Assembly (NCBI GenBank): GCA_965216325.1
Contig: OZ244160.1
Coordinates: 2,240,001-2,304,000 of the forward strand
DNA: 64,000 bases
Direction of reading: 5' to 3'
From: Coraliomargarita sp.
Lineage (GTDB): Bacteria; Verrucomicrobiota; Verrucomicrobiia; Opitutales; Coraliomargaritaceae
This document shows, one piece after another, positions 37,728-49,231 of this stretch. The position numbers were made by a program, and so were the translations under genes. How positions within the stretch are numbered: position 1 is the stretch's first letter; every line of letters begins with the position of its first letter. The notes beneath the pieces are model-generated. The model searched no databases and was not told the DNA's origin. It was given only the letters and a program-made list of their open reading frames with translations.

Positions 37728-37782
37728 CGAGAACGTGGAGTAGTGGCGCGGCACAGCCGTTGCCACTTACGTCTGGTTCGGC
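37728..37782 (-). other. attC of cassette 2
   Basis: CGAGAAC gtggagtagtggcgcggc...gccgttgccacttacgtctg GTTCGGC; complements GCCGAAC at 38187-38193. Confidence 0.85.
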
Positions 37783-38177
37783 TCGATTGGTTCTAGGGTG
37801 ATTAGGAGTTCCGATGGGTCTGAATCTGAATATTCAATCACTTCTGTTTTATATCCGTTCGCACCTGCTTCGATTTTGAGGTGTCTGACAAATACAACCG
37901 AAAGTCGTGCTTTTCCTTCTCCTAGAATGGTCAGCTTATGCTTCGGTTTAATTTCATCGAAGGAATACATCGGCTCAACACCAATGGATGCTTCTTTTAA
38001 TTTCTTTCCTTCTTTATTTTCTATTCTGAGTTGGATCTCTCTGAGTGTTAAGTCTTCAATTTCCCACTTCAGATGGGATTGATTGGTCCACAAAAAGAAC
38101 GCAGCGATGCCTAGTGCAAGTAGAAGAACGCTTGGTGCTGCTGCAATGGTGTCTGATATCGCTTTTCCTATTTTCAT
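37767..38177 (-). CDS. Cassette 2: N-anchored protein with a beta-sandwich-like soluble domain
   Basis: TM segment then IQLRIENKEGKKLKEASI...AGANGYKT pattern. Confidence 0.68.
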   Translation of the reverse strand: MKIGKAISDTIAAAPSVLLLALGIAAFFLWTNQSHLKWEIEDLTLREIQLRIENKEGKKLKEASIGVEPMYSFDEIKPKHKLTILGEGKARLSVVFVRHLKIEAGANGYKTEVIEYSDSDPSELLITLEPIEPNQT

Positions 38178-38186
38178 TTTTCTTTC

Positions 38187-38257
<71 letters not shown>

Positions 38258-38260
38258 CCT

Positions 38261-38656
38261 TCATTCTCCGTAGGCTACATAGAGCGTATAACCTTCGACG
38301 GTGCAAAGCTTCTTTAGATCATCTAGGAGTTTCCAGTGGGCACCAGCATAAGCTTTCGGGGTGGCTGTGCTAATGAGTATTTTCTTTTTCGAATTGAGTG
38401 AATCGGATGCTCTGAGAACCTCCTCCACAGTTTTAACACCCCAGAAGGGTTCTTTCAGTTCTTTCTTTTGGGCTTCGATTAGCAGAAACTTGGGCGGCTC
38501 ACCAGAACCATCAAAATAGTCTGCTGCAGGATTCCAAGTCGGGTTCAAGAGGTAGTGAACTGCTCCTTTTGTTTCTTCCTTACCTGCAGATGCAGCTACG
38601 GACTGAAGCAGAACTCCGATTATGCAAAAGCTGATGACTGTAATTTTCTTCCACAT
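38261..38656 (-). CDS. Cassette 1: secreted hypothetical protein
   Basis: Signal peptide MWKKITVISFCIIGVLLQSVAASA; ATG within the core site. Confidence 0.72.
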   Translation of the reverse strand: MWKKITVISFCIIGVLLQSVAASAGKEETKGAVHYLLNPTWNPAADYFDGSGEPPKFLLIEAQKKELKEPFWGVKTVEEVLRASDSLNSKKKILISTATPKAYAGAHWKLLDDLKKLCTVEGYTLYVAYGE

Positions 38657-38941
38657 ATCAGTGTTATGTAGTGCATTCAATGCACGTTTAGCTGTTTTTG
38701 GGATTTGTAAAAAACTTACGTTTTTTGATTTAAGTGATCTTGTTAGGGTGCGTTACTGTACTAGTAGAGGCGGATTGGGATCGAGTCATGGTTTTGAGGT
38801 AAGTCAAAATGTGAAATGGCGGCAAGGTTTGTTTCCTCAAAATCGTGCATTCGCGGCGGTTTTTTGGGCGAATGCATGATTTTGTCGGAATTCCCGGCAA
38901 ATGATGCATTCAGCGCCCCGATTGGGTAAATCTGTCCCAGT

Positions 38942-40285
38942 TTAGTGCCCTTGCATGAGTGCGGCTTCTAGGCAGTAAGTGAGTGAAATTCCCGTGCGGT
39001 AGTTGCCGGCGAGTTTGAGGCCGGGGTGCTGGGTCTCGATCTGGTCGATCGTTTCGAGGGTGGTGCCGTAGCCGAGTTTGTATTGGGGGATGGCTTGGCT
39101 CCAGTGCTTGTGGTGCACGAAGGTGGGCTGCCCGCTTACGCCGAGTAGCTCCTTGAGCTCGGGCAAGACTGTCTTGAGGACTTGCTCGGTGTCGGCCGTC
39201 GCATACTCGGGCTGGCGTTCGCCGCCAATGAACACGGTAAGCAGGGCTTCGCCCTCGGGCGCGCGGCCGGTAAAGACGCTGGAAGGAAAGAGTGCGCCGA
39301 GGATTGTGCGCTGCTCACATTCGGGCACCAGAGCGCCAAATCCGTCGAGTGGGTGTGCGATGTCAGATTTGTTGAAGCCAAGGCTCAGCACGGAAACCGG
39401 TGGATAGTCGATACCTTGCAGTGGCTCAAAGGCTGACTTTACTTCGTCTGCGAAGGGGAGGCTTTGCAGCTTGTGCGCAGGTGTGGTGACGATGAGCTGA
39501 TCGAAGCTTTTTGCTGGGGCGTTGTTCCACGCGAGCTCCCACTGTGAGCCGTCCTGTTGTATTGAATGAATGGATACCGCGCAGTGCACGTCATCGCCCA
39601 GGTTTTGAGCGATGGTGTGGGGCAGGCTGTCGATGCCGTCTTTAAAGGAGATGATGCGCTTGCGTACCTTGGGGCCGGTCGCTTGCTTGGCGGCTTTCAG
39701 TTTGGCGAGGGCGCCGCGGATGAGCCCGCCGTGTGCCTGCTCCAATGCGTAGAGTTTAGGGAAGCCGTAGCGCAGGGAGAGTTTTTCGGGGTCGCCGGCG
39801 TAGATGCCGCCCACCAATGGATTGATGGCGTAGTCGTAAAGCTCAGGGCCGAGTCGACGGCGGACAAAGTTGGCCACGCTTTCTTCGCGGTCATCCTGGC
39901 GTGCTTTGATGAAGGGCTCTTTGAGCACCCGGAGTTTCGCAGCGAACGACCAGAGCGGAGTGGTGATTGCCTGCAGCGGATTCATCGGCACGGCGTGGGC
40001 CTGGCCTCCGCGCACGATGTAGCGCTTGTTGGCGGCGGGCTCGGCCTCGATGATCTGTTCGCTGAGGCCGGGGATGCTGTTGAAGAAGGCCTCGATCTCG
40101 GCGGAGCCGAGTTGAATGGAGTTGGGGCCTTCTTCAGCGAGATAGCCGTCGCGCTGTACGCTGCGCATGGCACCGCCGACGCTGTCCGCAGCTTCAAGGA
40201 CGGTGACCTCGTGGCCCGTCTGCTTGAGTTGCCATGCGGTGGCGAGGCCGGTGATGCCAGCACCAATGATGCAGATCTTAGGCAT
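38942..40285 (-). CDS. hemY: Protoporphyrinogen oxidase (HemY type)
   Basis: IIGAGITG, EEGPNS, GGIYAGD, AIPQY; start MPKICIIG. Confidence 0.9.
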   Translation of the reverse strand: MPKICIIGAGITGLATAWQLKQTGHEVTVLEAADSVGGAMRSVQRDGYLAEEGPNSIQLGSAEIEAFFNSIPGLSEQIIEAEPAANKRYIVRGGQAHAVPMNPLQAITTPLWSFAAKLRVLKEPFIKARQDDREESVANFVRRRLGPELYDYAINPLVGGIYAGDPEKLSLRYGFPKLYALEQAHGGLIRGALAKLKAAKQATGPKVRKRIISFKDGIDSLPHTIAQNLGDDVHCAVSIHSIQQDGSQWELAWNNAPAKSFDQLIVTTPAHKLQSLPFADEVKSAFEPLQGIDYPPVSVLSLGFNKSDIAHPLDGFGALVPECEQRTILGALFPSSVFTGRAPEGEALLTVFIGGERQPEYATADTEQVLKTVLPELKELLGVSGQPTFVHHKHWSQAIPQYKLGYGTTLETIDQIETQHPGLKLAGNYRTGISLTYCLEAALMQGH

Positions 40286-40291
40286 TGCTAG

Positions 40292-40367
40292 GTAGGGGCG
40301 TTGCTTGCGACGCCCGCGGCTCGATGAGCGACGATACTGAGACGGGCTTCGCAAGCAAAGCCCCTAC
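40292..40367. repeat. GTAG-type REP doublet
   Basis: GTAGGGGCG...GCCCCTAC. Confidence 0.75.
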
Positions 40368-40386
40368 GAGCATCTGATCTCTAAGC

Positions 40387-41418
40387 TTAAGCATTGCTGT
40401 GGCCTGTCACGACTTCCATTAGCGCTTCCACGCATTCGATTTTGGCGCTCGGGACCATGCCGTGGCCGAGGTTGAAAATGAAGCCTGGCTCGGTGTGGGC
40501 ATCCGCGAGGAGGCGCTTGGCTTCCTTGCGGACGATCTCCGGTGTAGTGGTCAGCGTGATGGGATCGAGGTTGCCTTGGAAGCAGGTGCCGTGGCCGAGT
40601 TCCTTGCGCATGCGACGCATGTTGATGGTCCAGTCGAAGCTGATGATCTTGGCTCCGGTGCGGATCAGATCGGCGGCTTTATGGCCCATGCCCTTGGCGT
40701 AAAGGATGACGGGCACGCGGCCTTTGATCTCGTGGATGATGTGGTGGACCCAGCGCAGTGACCAAGCCTCGTAGTGTGTGGCGGGGCAGATGGAGCCCCA
40801 TGAGTCGAAGATCTGGATGGCGTCGGCTCCGGCATCGATTTGCATATGCAGGTAATCGATGATGGAGTTGGTGAGCTTCTGCATGAGAGCCTCGAAGAGC
40901 TCGGGTTGGTCCCATGCGAGCTTCTTGATGCCGATAAAGTCTTTGGCGGAGCCGCCCTCGATCATGTAGCAGGCGAGGGTCCATGGGGATCCGCAGAAGC
41001 CGAGTAGTGCTTTGTCCTCTCCCATGCGGCTGCGGGTGATTTGCAAGGCTTGGCCGACGTAGGCGAGCTTATCGACGATGTTGTTGTCGTCGAGCTGGGC
41101 GATCTTCTCGGGGGTATCCAGCAGGTAGTCCATGCCGATGCCGCCGCCGTCGCGGAAGTGGTAGCCTTGGCCAAGTGCTTCGGGAATGACGAGGATGTCG
41201 GAGAAAATGATAGCGGCGTCGAGCGGGAAGCGTTTCAGAGGCTGGAGGGTGACTTCTGCGGCGAGCTCGGGTGTGCGCACCATGGTGACGAAGTCGTGCT
41301 GGGCCTTGAGCTCGCGGTATTCGGGCAGGTAGCGGCCGGCTTGGCGCATGAGCCAGATGGGGGGACGGTCGACCGGTTGGCAGTGTGCGGCGGCGAGAAA
41401 GCGTTGTCGTGGTGTCAT
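40387..41418 (-). CDS. hemE: Uroporphyrinogen decarboxylase
   Basis: WLMRQAGRYLPEY, FSDIL, NLGHG. Confidence 0.95.
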   Translation of the reverse strand: MTPRQRFLAAAHCQPVDRPPIWLMRQAGRYLPEYRELKAQHDFVTMVRTPELAAEVTLQPLKRFPLDAAIIFSDILVIPEALGQGYHFRDGGGIGMDYLLDTPEKIAQLDDNNIVDKLAYVGQALQITRSRMGEDKALLGFCGSPWTLACYMIEGGSAKDFIGIKKLAWDQPELFEALMQKLTNSIIDYLHMQIDAGADAIQIFDSWGSICPATHYEAWSLRWVHHIIHEIKGRVPVILYAKGMGHKAADLIRTGAKIISFDWTINMRRMRKELGHGTCFQGNLDPITLTTTPEIVRKEAKRLLADAHTEPGFIFNLGHGMVPSAKIECVEALMEVVTGHSNA

Positions 41419-41510
41419 TTGTAAGAAGGCTGAGTTGGAAACTTGAGACTTGAAGAAGGGTTGTGTTTGAAAGCTGAGACTTGAAGTTTAAAATGCTCAG
41501 GTTTCAGCTT

Positions 41511-42479
<969 letters not shown>

Positions 42480-42737
42480 TTACTCCTTTATATTTATCCG
42501 AACAATGCAAACGGACTTCCTGAACACACGATTACTTGCGTTGAGTGCATCTCTATTTGCCATGAGCCTCGTGCGCAGCACGAGACTCATGGCTGTGCAG
42601 TTGGGGTGCAGGAATTCCTTAGGCGAGCAAGGCACATGGCTGCCTGTTAGCCCAGCAGTCACGTATGTTTATACGCTCCTTTGGCCTTCAGTTGCCGAGC
42701 GCCTTGCTCATCCGATTGCATAGTCCGGAATTACGAG

Positions 42738-43655
42738 ATGGCGATGGATACGAAATTGGATGGTGCACTACCGGAATCGGTGATGATTTTTGGCTGTGGT
42801 TATGTGGGCATGTCGCTGGCGGAGCGTTTGCTACAGGCTGGCGTGAGGGTGGGAGCCTTGACGCGTAATGTGGAAAAGGCAAAGCGCTTACAGGAGCTGG
42901 GGCTGGATCAGGTGGTCGTTGCGGACTTGGATTCGACGGATTGGCACGCTGAGGTGGGCGATTATCAGGCGGTCGTGAACTGTGTGAGTTCAGCAGGCGG
43001 AGGGCTTGCGGGCTACGAGAAGTCCTATATCGAGGGGCAGCGATCCATTTTGACCTGGGCTAAGGGGCGAGGGGTGCAGGCTTACCTTTATACCAGCAGC
43101 ACGTCGGTCTACCCGCAGGATGGTGGCGTTCAGGTCGATGAATCGGCAGATACCGCGGATGCGCCGGCAACCGGTCAGGTCTTACTACGGGCGGAAGGCT
43201 TGATCGCGGAGTCTGCGGACGAGTTTGGTCGTTGGTATGTCTTGCGTCTGGCTGGGATCTATGGGCCGGGTCGGCACTATTTGCTGGATCAGCTCCGAGC
43301 CGGAGAGACCGTAATCGCAGGTGTGGGCGATTATCACCTGAATTTGATCCATCGTGATGATATTGTGCGGGGCATCTGTGCGGCTCTAAGTCAGCAAGTC
43401 GCGGAGTCGGGCGTCTACAATTTGGCGGATAATGAGCCAACGACCAAGGAGGCCTTGGTCAACTGGTTGGCTGCTGAGTTGGGCTGCTCCGCGCCAGTCT
43501 TCGACCCGGAGCTGAAGACTGCGCGTATGCAACGCCGCGGGGGGCAGATGCCGGATCGGATTATTGTCAATGCGCGGGCGAAGGCCGAATTTTCGTGGGA
43601 ACCGCTCTATCCTTCATTTCAAGCGGGCTACCGGGCGATCTTAGTCGGAAACTAG
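42738..43655 (+). CDS. NAD-dependent epimerase/dehydratase family protein
   Basis: GCGYVG, YTSSTSVY, LRLAGIYGPGR. Confidence 0.85.
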   Translation: MAMDTKLDGALPESVMIFGCGYVGMSLAERLLQAGVRVGALTRNVEKAKRLQELGLDQVVVADLDSTDWHAEVGDYQAVVNCVSSAGGGLAGYEKSYIEGQRSILTWAKGRGVQAYLYTSSTSVYPQDGGVQVDESADTADAPATGQVLLRAEGLIAESADEFGRWYVLRLAGIYGPGRHYLLDQLRAGETVIAGVGDYHLNLIHRDDIVRGICAALSQQVAESGVYNLADNEPTTKEALVNWLAAELGCSAPVFDPELKTARMQRRGGQMPDRIIVNARAKAEFSWEPLYPSFQAGYRAILVGN

Positions 43656-43711
43656 GCGATCAAACTGCAAAGATATGTTGCGAGTTTGGCCTAATCTTCT
43701 ATCTATTAGGT

Positions 43712-44167
43712 ATGCGTCTAAATAAAGTTACTGTTACTACCCTGCTGAAAGAAAAGAGCTCATCTGTATTTACTATCTTTGTCGATGCGACCGTCGATGC
43801 TGCGGTTGCTGAAATGAACCGTCAGCGGGTTGGTTCGGTCTTGGTTCGTGATGCGTCGGACACCGTTGTTGGGATCTTTACCGAGCGTGATGTGTTGGTT
43901 CGTGTCGTCTCTGCGGGTGTGGACCCTAAAACAACTCCGGTGCGCGATGTCATGACTGCTGAGTTTAAGTCGGTTACCGCTGAAACCACAGTTGAAGATG
44001 CCATGCAAATGATCACCGATGCCCGTGTGCGCCACCTGCCGGTCTTTGATGGCCAGGAGTTACTCGGGCTCGTCTCGATTGGCGATGTGACCCGTTGGTT
44101 ACTCAAGGTTCACGAGATGGAGGCCGAGAATTTGCGTAAATACGTATTTTCCGAATACCCCGGCTAG
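43712..44167 (+). CDS. CBS-pair protein
   Basis: VGIFTERD, RHLPV, GLVSIGD. Confidence 0.88.
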   Translation: MRLNKVTVTTLLKEKSSSVFTIFVDATVDAAVAEMNRQRVGSVLVRDASDTVVGIFTERDVLVRVVSAGVDPKTTPVRDVMTAEFKSVTAETTVEDAMQMITDARVRHLPVFDGQELLGLVSIGDVTRWLLKVHEMEAENLRKYVFSEYPG

Positions 44168-44332
44168 GGGTTTACTGATAAATTATGTTACTGCGGCGTT
44201 AAAAGTCGTCGACCGGTTGGAAAAGCGTTACAAAGCGCTTGATTTAGTCATGCGCGAGGCTATCTTTGATACCGTTTTGTAACATTCATTAAGTGGGAAC
44301 ATTATAAATGGTTCAGTTCTCTACACTTAAAC

Positions 44333-44863
44333 ATGTCATTAATTCGGAAAATTCTTAACAAGCGCAAGTCGCCTGAGTCGGGCAAGGTCTTTGCACCTTC
44401 TGAGCAGACGAGTGAGATGGGTGTGTCGTTGACTCGAGAAGATCTTGAGGCGGCGGTGGCTGATGCTGCTGAAGAGCTTGGTCCGTTTAAGGTTTGGATT
44501 GAGCCTGCATCTGCGCGCACGAAGTCGCAGAGTATGTTGGCGCGTAGTGAGATTGAAGCCGAAGAATTGTTCATTGTTGGCCGTCGTGGTTTTGGCAAGG
44601 GGCGCTACGATTATAGTAATGGCGGCTTCCAAATTCGTGACCATGAGCCGTTTACCGTTTCCAAGCGCCACTGTGCGATCTCGATTACTGCAGAGGGCGT
44701 GTTGGTGGAGGATTTGAAGAGCCGTTTTGGCACGATTGTAAATGGTCGACGTCTTGGGGCGGCTGAGGGCAATCCGCGGACAGCCTTGCTTGGCCGTGGT
44801 GAGCATGACCTGGTGATCGGCCGCCGCAGGAGCGAGAATCGCTTTCGTTTGATTGTGCAATAA
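44333..44863 (+). CDS. FHA domain protein
   Basis: VGR, VSKRH, DLKSRFGT-VNG. Confidence 0.8.
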   Translation: MSLIRKILNKRKSPESGKVFAPSEQTSEMGVSLTREDLEAAVADAAEELGPFKVWIEPASARTKSQSMLARSEIEAEELFIVGRRGFGKGRYDYSNGGFQIRDHEPFTVSKRHCAISITAEGVLVEDLKSRFGTIVNGRRLGAAEGNPRTALLGRGEHDLVIGRRRSENRFRLIVQ

Positions 44864-44961
44864 GTGCCGTCAGGCATTGCAATCGGCTTGACTCAGCTTC
44901 CTGCCTGAGTGGACACTTCGCGGCTTTAATTTTTCAATAACCCCGAAGAAAGGACAGACTT

Positions 44962-45273
44962 ATGGCCGGTGTAGGCAAACTACTGAAGCAAGCGCAGAAA
45001 ATGCAGAAGCAAATGCAAGCAATCCAAGAGGAGCTTGCGGAGAAGGAACTTGAGATCTCCAGTGGTGGCGGTGCGGTAAGCATCGTAATTACTGCGCAAA
45101 GTGAATTTCGTTCGATCAAAATCGATCCCGAATTCTTGAAGGAAGACGCTGAGTTTGTCGAAGAGACCCTACTGGGTGCGATCCAAGAGGCTTCGGCCAA
45201 GGCGAAGGAAGCCAACGAGGAAGCGATGGCTGGGTTGACTGGCGGCATGGGGGGTGGTTTTCCTGGCTTCTAA
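44962..45273 (+). CDS. ybaB: Nucleoid-associated protein YbaB/EbfC
   Basis: LLKQAQKMQ, SGGGAV; upstream of recR. Confidence 0.9.
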   Translation: MAGVGKLLKQAQKMQKQMQAIQEELAEKELEISSGGGAVSIVITAQSEFRSIKIDPEFLKEDAEFVEETLLGAIQEASAKAKEANEEAMAGLTGGMGGGFPGF

Positions 45274-45288
45274 GCGAGAATTTCGTCT

Positions 45289-45885
45289 GTGACGCCAAGT
45301 TTTGATGCATTGCTCCAGCAACTCAAGCGGTTGCCCGGACTCGGATATCGCTCTGCGGAGCGGATCGCGATGCAGTTGCTGGTAGAGAAGCCGGAGGCCC
45401 TTGATCATCTGATTAGTGCGCTTCAGCAGGCACAGAGCAGTGTCAGTCGTTGCCCAGTCTGTGGAAATATCGCAGAGGGGGGCTTGTGTGAGGTTTGCGA
45501 GGATTCGCGCCGCGATGCTAACACGCTCTGTGTGGTCGAGCATGTGCCGGATTTGATTGCGATTGAGCGTTCCTCCGCATGGCGCGGGCGTTATCACGTG
45601 TTGCACGGCAAACTTTCGCCGATTCATGGCGTGGGGCCGGGGGATTTGAATTTTGCGACGCTGTTGCAGCGCTTGGTGGCGGAGCCAGTCTCCGAGCTTG
45701 TATTGGCGCTCTCCAATGACATCGAAGGGCAGGCGACTTGCCACTACATCCAAGAGGAGGTCGTCGGTGAGCGGCCAATTAAGGTAACTCGGATTGGCTT
45801 CGGATTGCCGAGTGGTGGTGGGGTCACCTACGCGGATTCAGTGACGCTGAAGAGTGCTTTGGATGCGCGCCGCGACTACGAATAG
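45289..45885 (+). CDS. recR: Recombination protein RecR
   Basis: LPGLGYRSAER, C4 zinc finger, YHVLHG, EGQAT. Confidence 0.95.
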   Translation: MTPSFDALLQQLKRLPGLGYRSAERIAMQLLVEKPEALDHLISALQQAQSSVSRCPVCGNIAEGGLCEVCEDSRRDANTLCVVEHVPDLIAIERSSAWRGRYHVLHGKLSPIHGVGPGDLNFATLLQRLVAEPVSELVLALSNDIEGQATCHYIQEEVVGERPIKVTRIGFGLPSGGGVTYADSVTLKSALDARRDYE

Positions 45886-46000
45886 AGCCGATTTCCGGGC
45901 AGAATGATTTAGTCGAAAATTTTTACGACAAACTATTGACAACAGGCGCTCAGATTAACTTTATACGCGCTTCCTTGGCACTTACCGCGGCCGAGAACAT

Positions 46001-46087
<87 letters not shown>

Positions 46088-46721
46088 AAACCTCTCATCG
46101 GAAACGGTGAGGGGTTTTATTTTGCCTAGTTTATGCCTATTGGAGGCGATTTGGTGGTTAAAGTGTAACCGCACAGGCCAACCATAGCACGGCGTATGAT
46201 TCGGTGCCAAAGTTGATTTGATTTTACGCGATGAGTAGCTCCTCGGCTATGAACCAATAGACTGTAGCGAGCATGCTACTTGGTTCCTTGGAAGAGCAGG
46301 GCATTCGGGCCCAACGGCTCTACCTCATTTCCAAATCTCATGGTGTCCCGCATTTATATGGTGTCTTCAAACTTCGCCTACGCTGAGCACATTGTTCGTC
46401 AAGCTGCCCAGAGGGCACCCGCTATCCTCATCCTTCGGACTACGCCATCTTCGTGCTGTCGCACTTCGTCAAGTGACTAGCCCTCCTCGTGCCACTTGTC
46501 CCTGTTGACCTCATCCGACGCTCTTGCATTTCTGTTCATTCCGCTGCCCAAGGGCACCCACTTCATTCACCCCTTCGGGGCTTCGCCATCTTCGTGCTGT
46601 CGCACTCCGTCAGCCTACGTGTGAACTGGACTACGGTATGAATACGACTGCTCATGCTATGTGGAGTGGATGTCATCAAGTCTGAATCGCTTTCGCGAGT
46701 AATATTAGCTATTTCTGAATC

Positions 46722-46749
46722 TTGACAGGGTTAACTCGTATGTTAACTT
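46722..46749 (+). promoter_or_regulatory. TA operon promoter with overlapping palindromic operator
   Basis: TTGACA (46722), TG-n-TAACTT, GTTAAC-N6-GTTAAC (46730-46747). Confidence 0.6.
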
Positions 46750-46758
46750 TCTCGAAAA

Positions 46759-47106
46759 ATGAAAGAAGTTCAGTTTTTCAGACGAGCGGATGGCAGTAGT
46801 CCGGTTGAGGAGTTTATTGACGGCCTCACGGACAAGCAGGCTCAGAAAGTTGCTTGGGTGCTAAAGCTCATTGAAGATCTGGACATCATCCCAGCTCAAT
46901 ACTGGAAGAAGTTGACGAATACAGACGATATCTGGGAGGCCAGAATATAGTTTGGTGGCAATATCTTCCGAATCTTGGGCTTTGAAAATGGTGGCGAGTT
47001 TGTGGTGCTTACGAATGGTTTCGCGAAGAAAACGCAGAAGACCCCAAAGCAGGAAATCGAGTTGGCGGAGCAACGTAAGAAAATCTATCTGGAGGAATCG
47101 AAATGA
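46759..47106 (+). pseudogene. RelE/HigB (Gp49-like) toxin with in-frame TAG at 46948-46950
   Basis: Reading through the TAG gives [17 protein letters not shown]...[20 protein letters not shown], ending in an ATGA overlap with the antitoxin. Confidence 0.85.
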
Positions 47107-47378
47107 GTGATCTGAAAAAATACATCAGTAAGCGTAAGGTAGCAAAAGCAGGCTTCGCGGAGGACTTTGACGAGGGGTATGAAAACTTTCGAATTGGTGT
47201 CATGCTCAAACAGGCGCGTCTTGAGGCCGGGCTGACGCAAGATGAAATTGCGACTGCGATTGGCACGCGTAAGACGGCGATTTCTCGGCTTGAGAATCAC
47301 GTTCAGGATGTGAAGCTTTCGACAGTCGAGAAGTATGCCAAAGCACTCGGTAAGCATGTCGAAATTCGGATCGCGTGA
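47103..47378 (+). CDS. XRE-family HTH antitoxin (HigA-like)
   Basis: [16 protein letters not shown]...ISRLEN; coupled to the toxin. Confidence 0.88.
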   Translation: MSDLKKYISKRKVAKAGFAEDFDEGYENFRIGVMLKQARLEAGLTQDEIATAIGTRKTAISRLENHVQDVKLSTVEKYAKALGKHVEIRIA

Positions 47379-47604
47379 TCGAAATGATCGAAATAATGCA
47401 GGATTTTGGGCAGATTCTGAGGCCTGAGAATGCGCGATCGGTTAGGGATTGCGATTATCGTGATCGTTCACGAAGTGCCGCTTGCGACCAATAGAAATAG
47501 GCGAAACGCTCGGGATCCGTTTAATACAGGGCTAGTGGGCTGTTAATCACTTTGCTCGGATTTCGATCAGTTCGTATTTCTGACAGTGATTGGCCAGCCA
47601 TCTT

Positions 47605-47637
47605 AAAGCCCTTAGTTGTAACGACTAAGGGCTTTTT
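47605..47637 (+). terminator. Intrinsic terminator-like hairpin
   Basis: aaagcccttagttg taa cgactaagggcttttt. Confidence 0.65.
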
Positions 47638-48038
47638 GTTGTCTGGGTGCTGGCAGTGATGACTTTGAAGTCACGCTAAGGTCACACTAAAAATATATGA
47701 TGACATCGGTAACGTCGGACCTAGTAACATCCGAAATGCGTCGATTTTAGATTTGAGTCCCAGTTTTGAGCGGGAATTTCCTGCAAATTAGTCACTTCTG
47801 GGTAGGGCCCTCCTATCGGAATGGCGTCATAGTTCACGAATGCGTCGTTTGAAAGGTTCGGGTATCCCATGCTGAGAGGAGAGCGCTCATCAATCGTTTC
47901 AGATGCTCACCGAATTCATCCTTCTTGCCATTTCTGGATCCGAATAGCTGCTTCTGACTCGCATCGATTCGGGCGGCTCTGGTGCATCTGATTGACTTCA
48001 AGACGAATGCGGCTTGTGTGGTGTTGTAATGACTATCT

Positions 48039-48365
48039 ATGACTGAAGCCAAGTCATTTACCGGTAAGAAGAAGACACTGTGCATGCTGCTCGTTTTGAG
48101 TGTCATGGTGCACTTCTTTGTTGTGTTGAATTTTGGAGGCTACCGCTTGTTTATGGATGAGGTTTGGGCGGGCAATCGCACGGTGGAGATGCCTGCCATT
48201 ATGCAGATGCGCCAGCTCAACGAGGAGTATACGGTCAACTTGGAGAAGGCTTCGGAGGCACATGCGGTGATTCGTGAGATGCCGTTGACGCTTGCGATAC
48301 AGAGCACGGTCGAACTTGAGCAACAAAAAGGCTGCTCTTCCGCTGAAGGGCCCGTCAATCCATGA
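48039..48365 (+). CDS. Small protein with TonB-like SxxxH membrane anchor
   Basis: LSVMVH anchor and EYTVNLE motif shared with 54333-55355. Confidence 0.6.
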   Translation: MTEAKSFTGKKKTLCMLLVLSVMVHFFVVLNFGGYRLFMDEVWAGNRTVEMPAIMQMRQLNEEYTVNLEKASEAHAVIREMPLTLAIQSTVELEQQKGCSSAEGPVNP

Positions 48366-48379
48366 AGTTACCGTAGACT

Positions 48380-48814
48380 TTAGAAGTTGCCGAAGGAGAC
48401 GAACTCGATCTTGGCGGCTGCACAGGCGTCGAGCACTTCGACGGTTTTATTGTGGGGCGATATGGGGTCGGCAATGACGACGACCACGGTTTTTTGCCCC
48501 ATGCGGTCGGAGGTGCCTTTGACGCGTTTGAGCGTGGCGATCAGGCCGTGCAGGGTGATCCTCTCCGCTGGGCTGGCGATGGGCGCGCCGTTAAAGTCGA
48601 CACTGCCATCGGGGTGGATGTCGATGGTGTGGCGATTGGGGAGCTCATCGCTTGGTTTTGCTTTGGAATCGGTCGGCAATTGGATGCCAAGGTCGGTTTC
48701 TTCTTTGATCAGGGTGGTGGTCACCATGAAGAAGACCAGCAGCAGGAAGACCACGTCGATCATCGGGGTCAGGTCCGGCTTGGTTTTCTCGTTGAAGATT
48801 GAATCAGCTTTCAT
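48380..48814 (-). CDS. exbD: ExbD/TolR family protein
   Basis: [18 protein letters not shown]. Confidence 0.9.
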   Translation of the reverse strand: MKADSIFNEKTKPDLTPMIDVVFLLLVFFMVTTTLIKEETDLGIQLPTDSKAKPSDELPNRHTIDIHPDGSVDFNGAPIASPAERITLHGLIATLKRVKGTSDRMGQKTVVVVIADPISPHNKTVEVLDACAAAKIEFVSFGNF

Positions 48815-48819
48815 GGGTC

Positions 48820-49230
48820 TTATTTCTCACTCTGATACGCGGCGAAAATGATCTTACTCATGCCGACCGATGCTGCAGTCTGCATGACTTCGTTCACGTA
48901 TTGGTGCTCCGTGCCACTGTCCACGCGCAGGAAGATTTGAACGCCGGGGTCGTATTCAAATTCCTTTTTCAGACGCTCCTTAAGTTCTTGGCGGGTGACT
49001 TCGTAGACACCGGAATACAGGGTGCCACCCTTGCCGACGGTAATCGTCGTGCGCTCGCCTTTGTCCTCTGGGAGAATGGAGTTCAGTGAAATGGGCACCT
49101 CGACCGGATGCTTCTCCGCGGTGATCATATTGGCCACCGTCATGAAGAAGACGATCAATAGGAAGACGATGTCGATCATCGGGGTGAGATCGACCTCACC
49201 GTCTTCCTCGCTGGGTTTCCATCGTCTCAT
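48820..49230 (-). CDS. exbD: ExbD/TolR family protein
   Basis: [17 protein letters not shown]. Confidence 0.9.
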   Translation of the reverse strand: MRRWKPSEEDGEVDLTPMIDIVFLLIVFFMTVANMITAEKHPVEVPISLNSILPEDKGERTTITVGKGGTLYSGVYEVTRQELKERLKKEFEYDPGVQIFLRVDSGTEHQYVNEVMQTAASVGMSKIIFAAYQSEK

Positions 49231-49231
49231 G

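Noticed and set aside
38660..38940. Integrase remnant or a defined Pc promoter
   Set aside because: No recombinase motifs in the short ORF, and no well-spaced -35/-10 pair that I can support
47540..47601. Second functional tRNA-Asn
   Set aside because: Only 13 nt plus a short tail match; no cloverleaf
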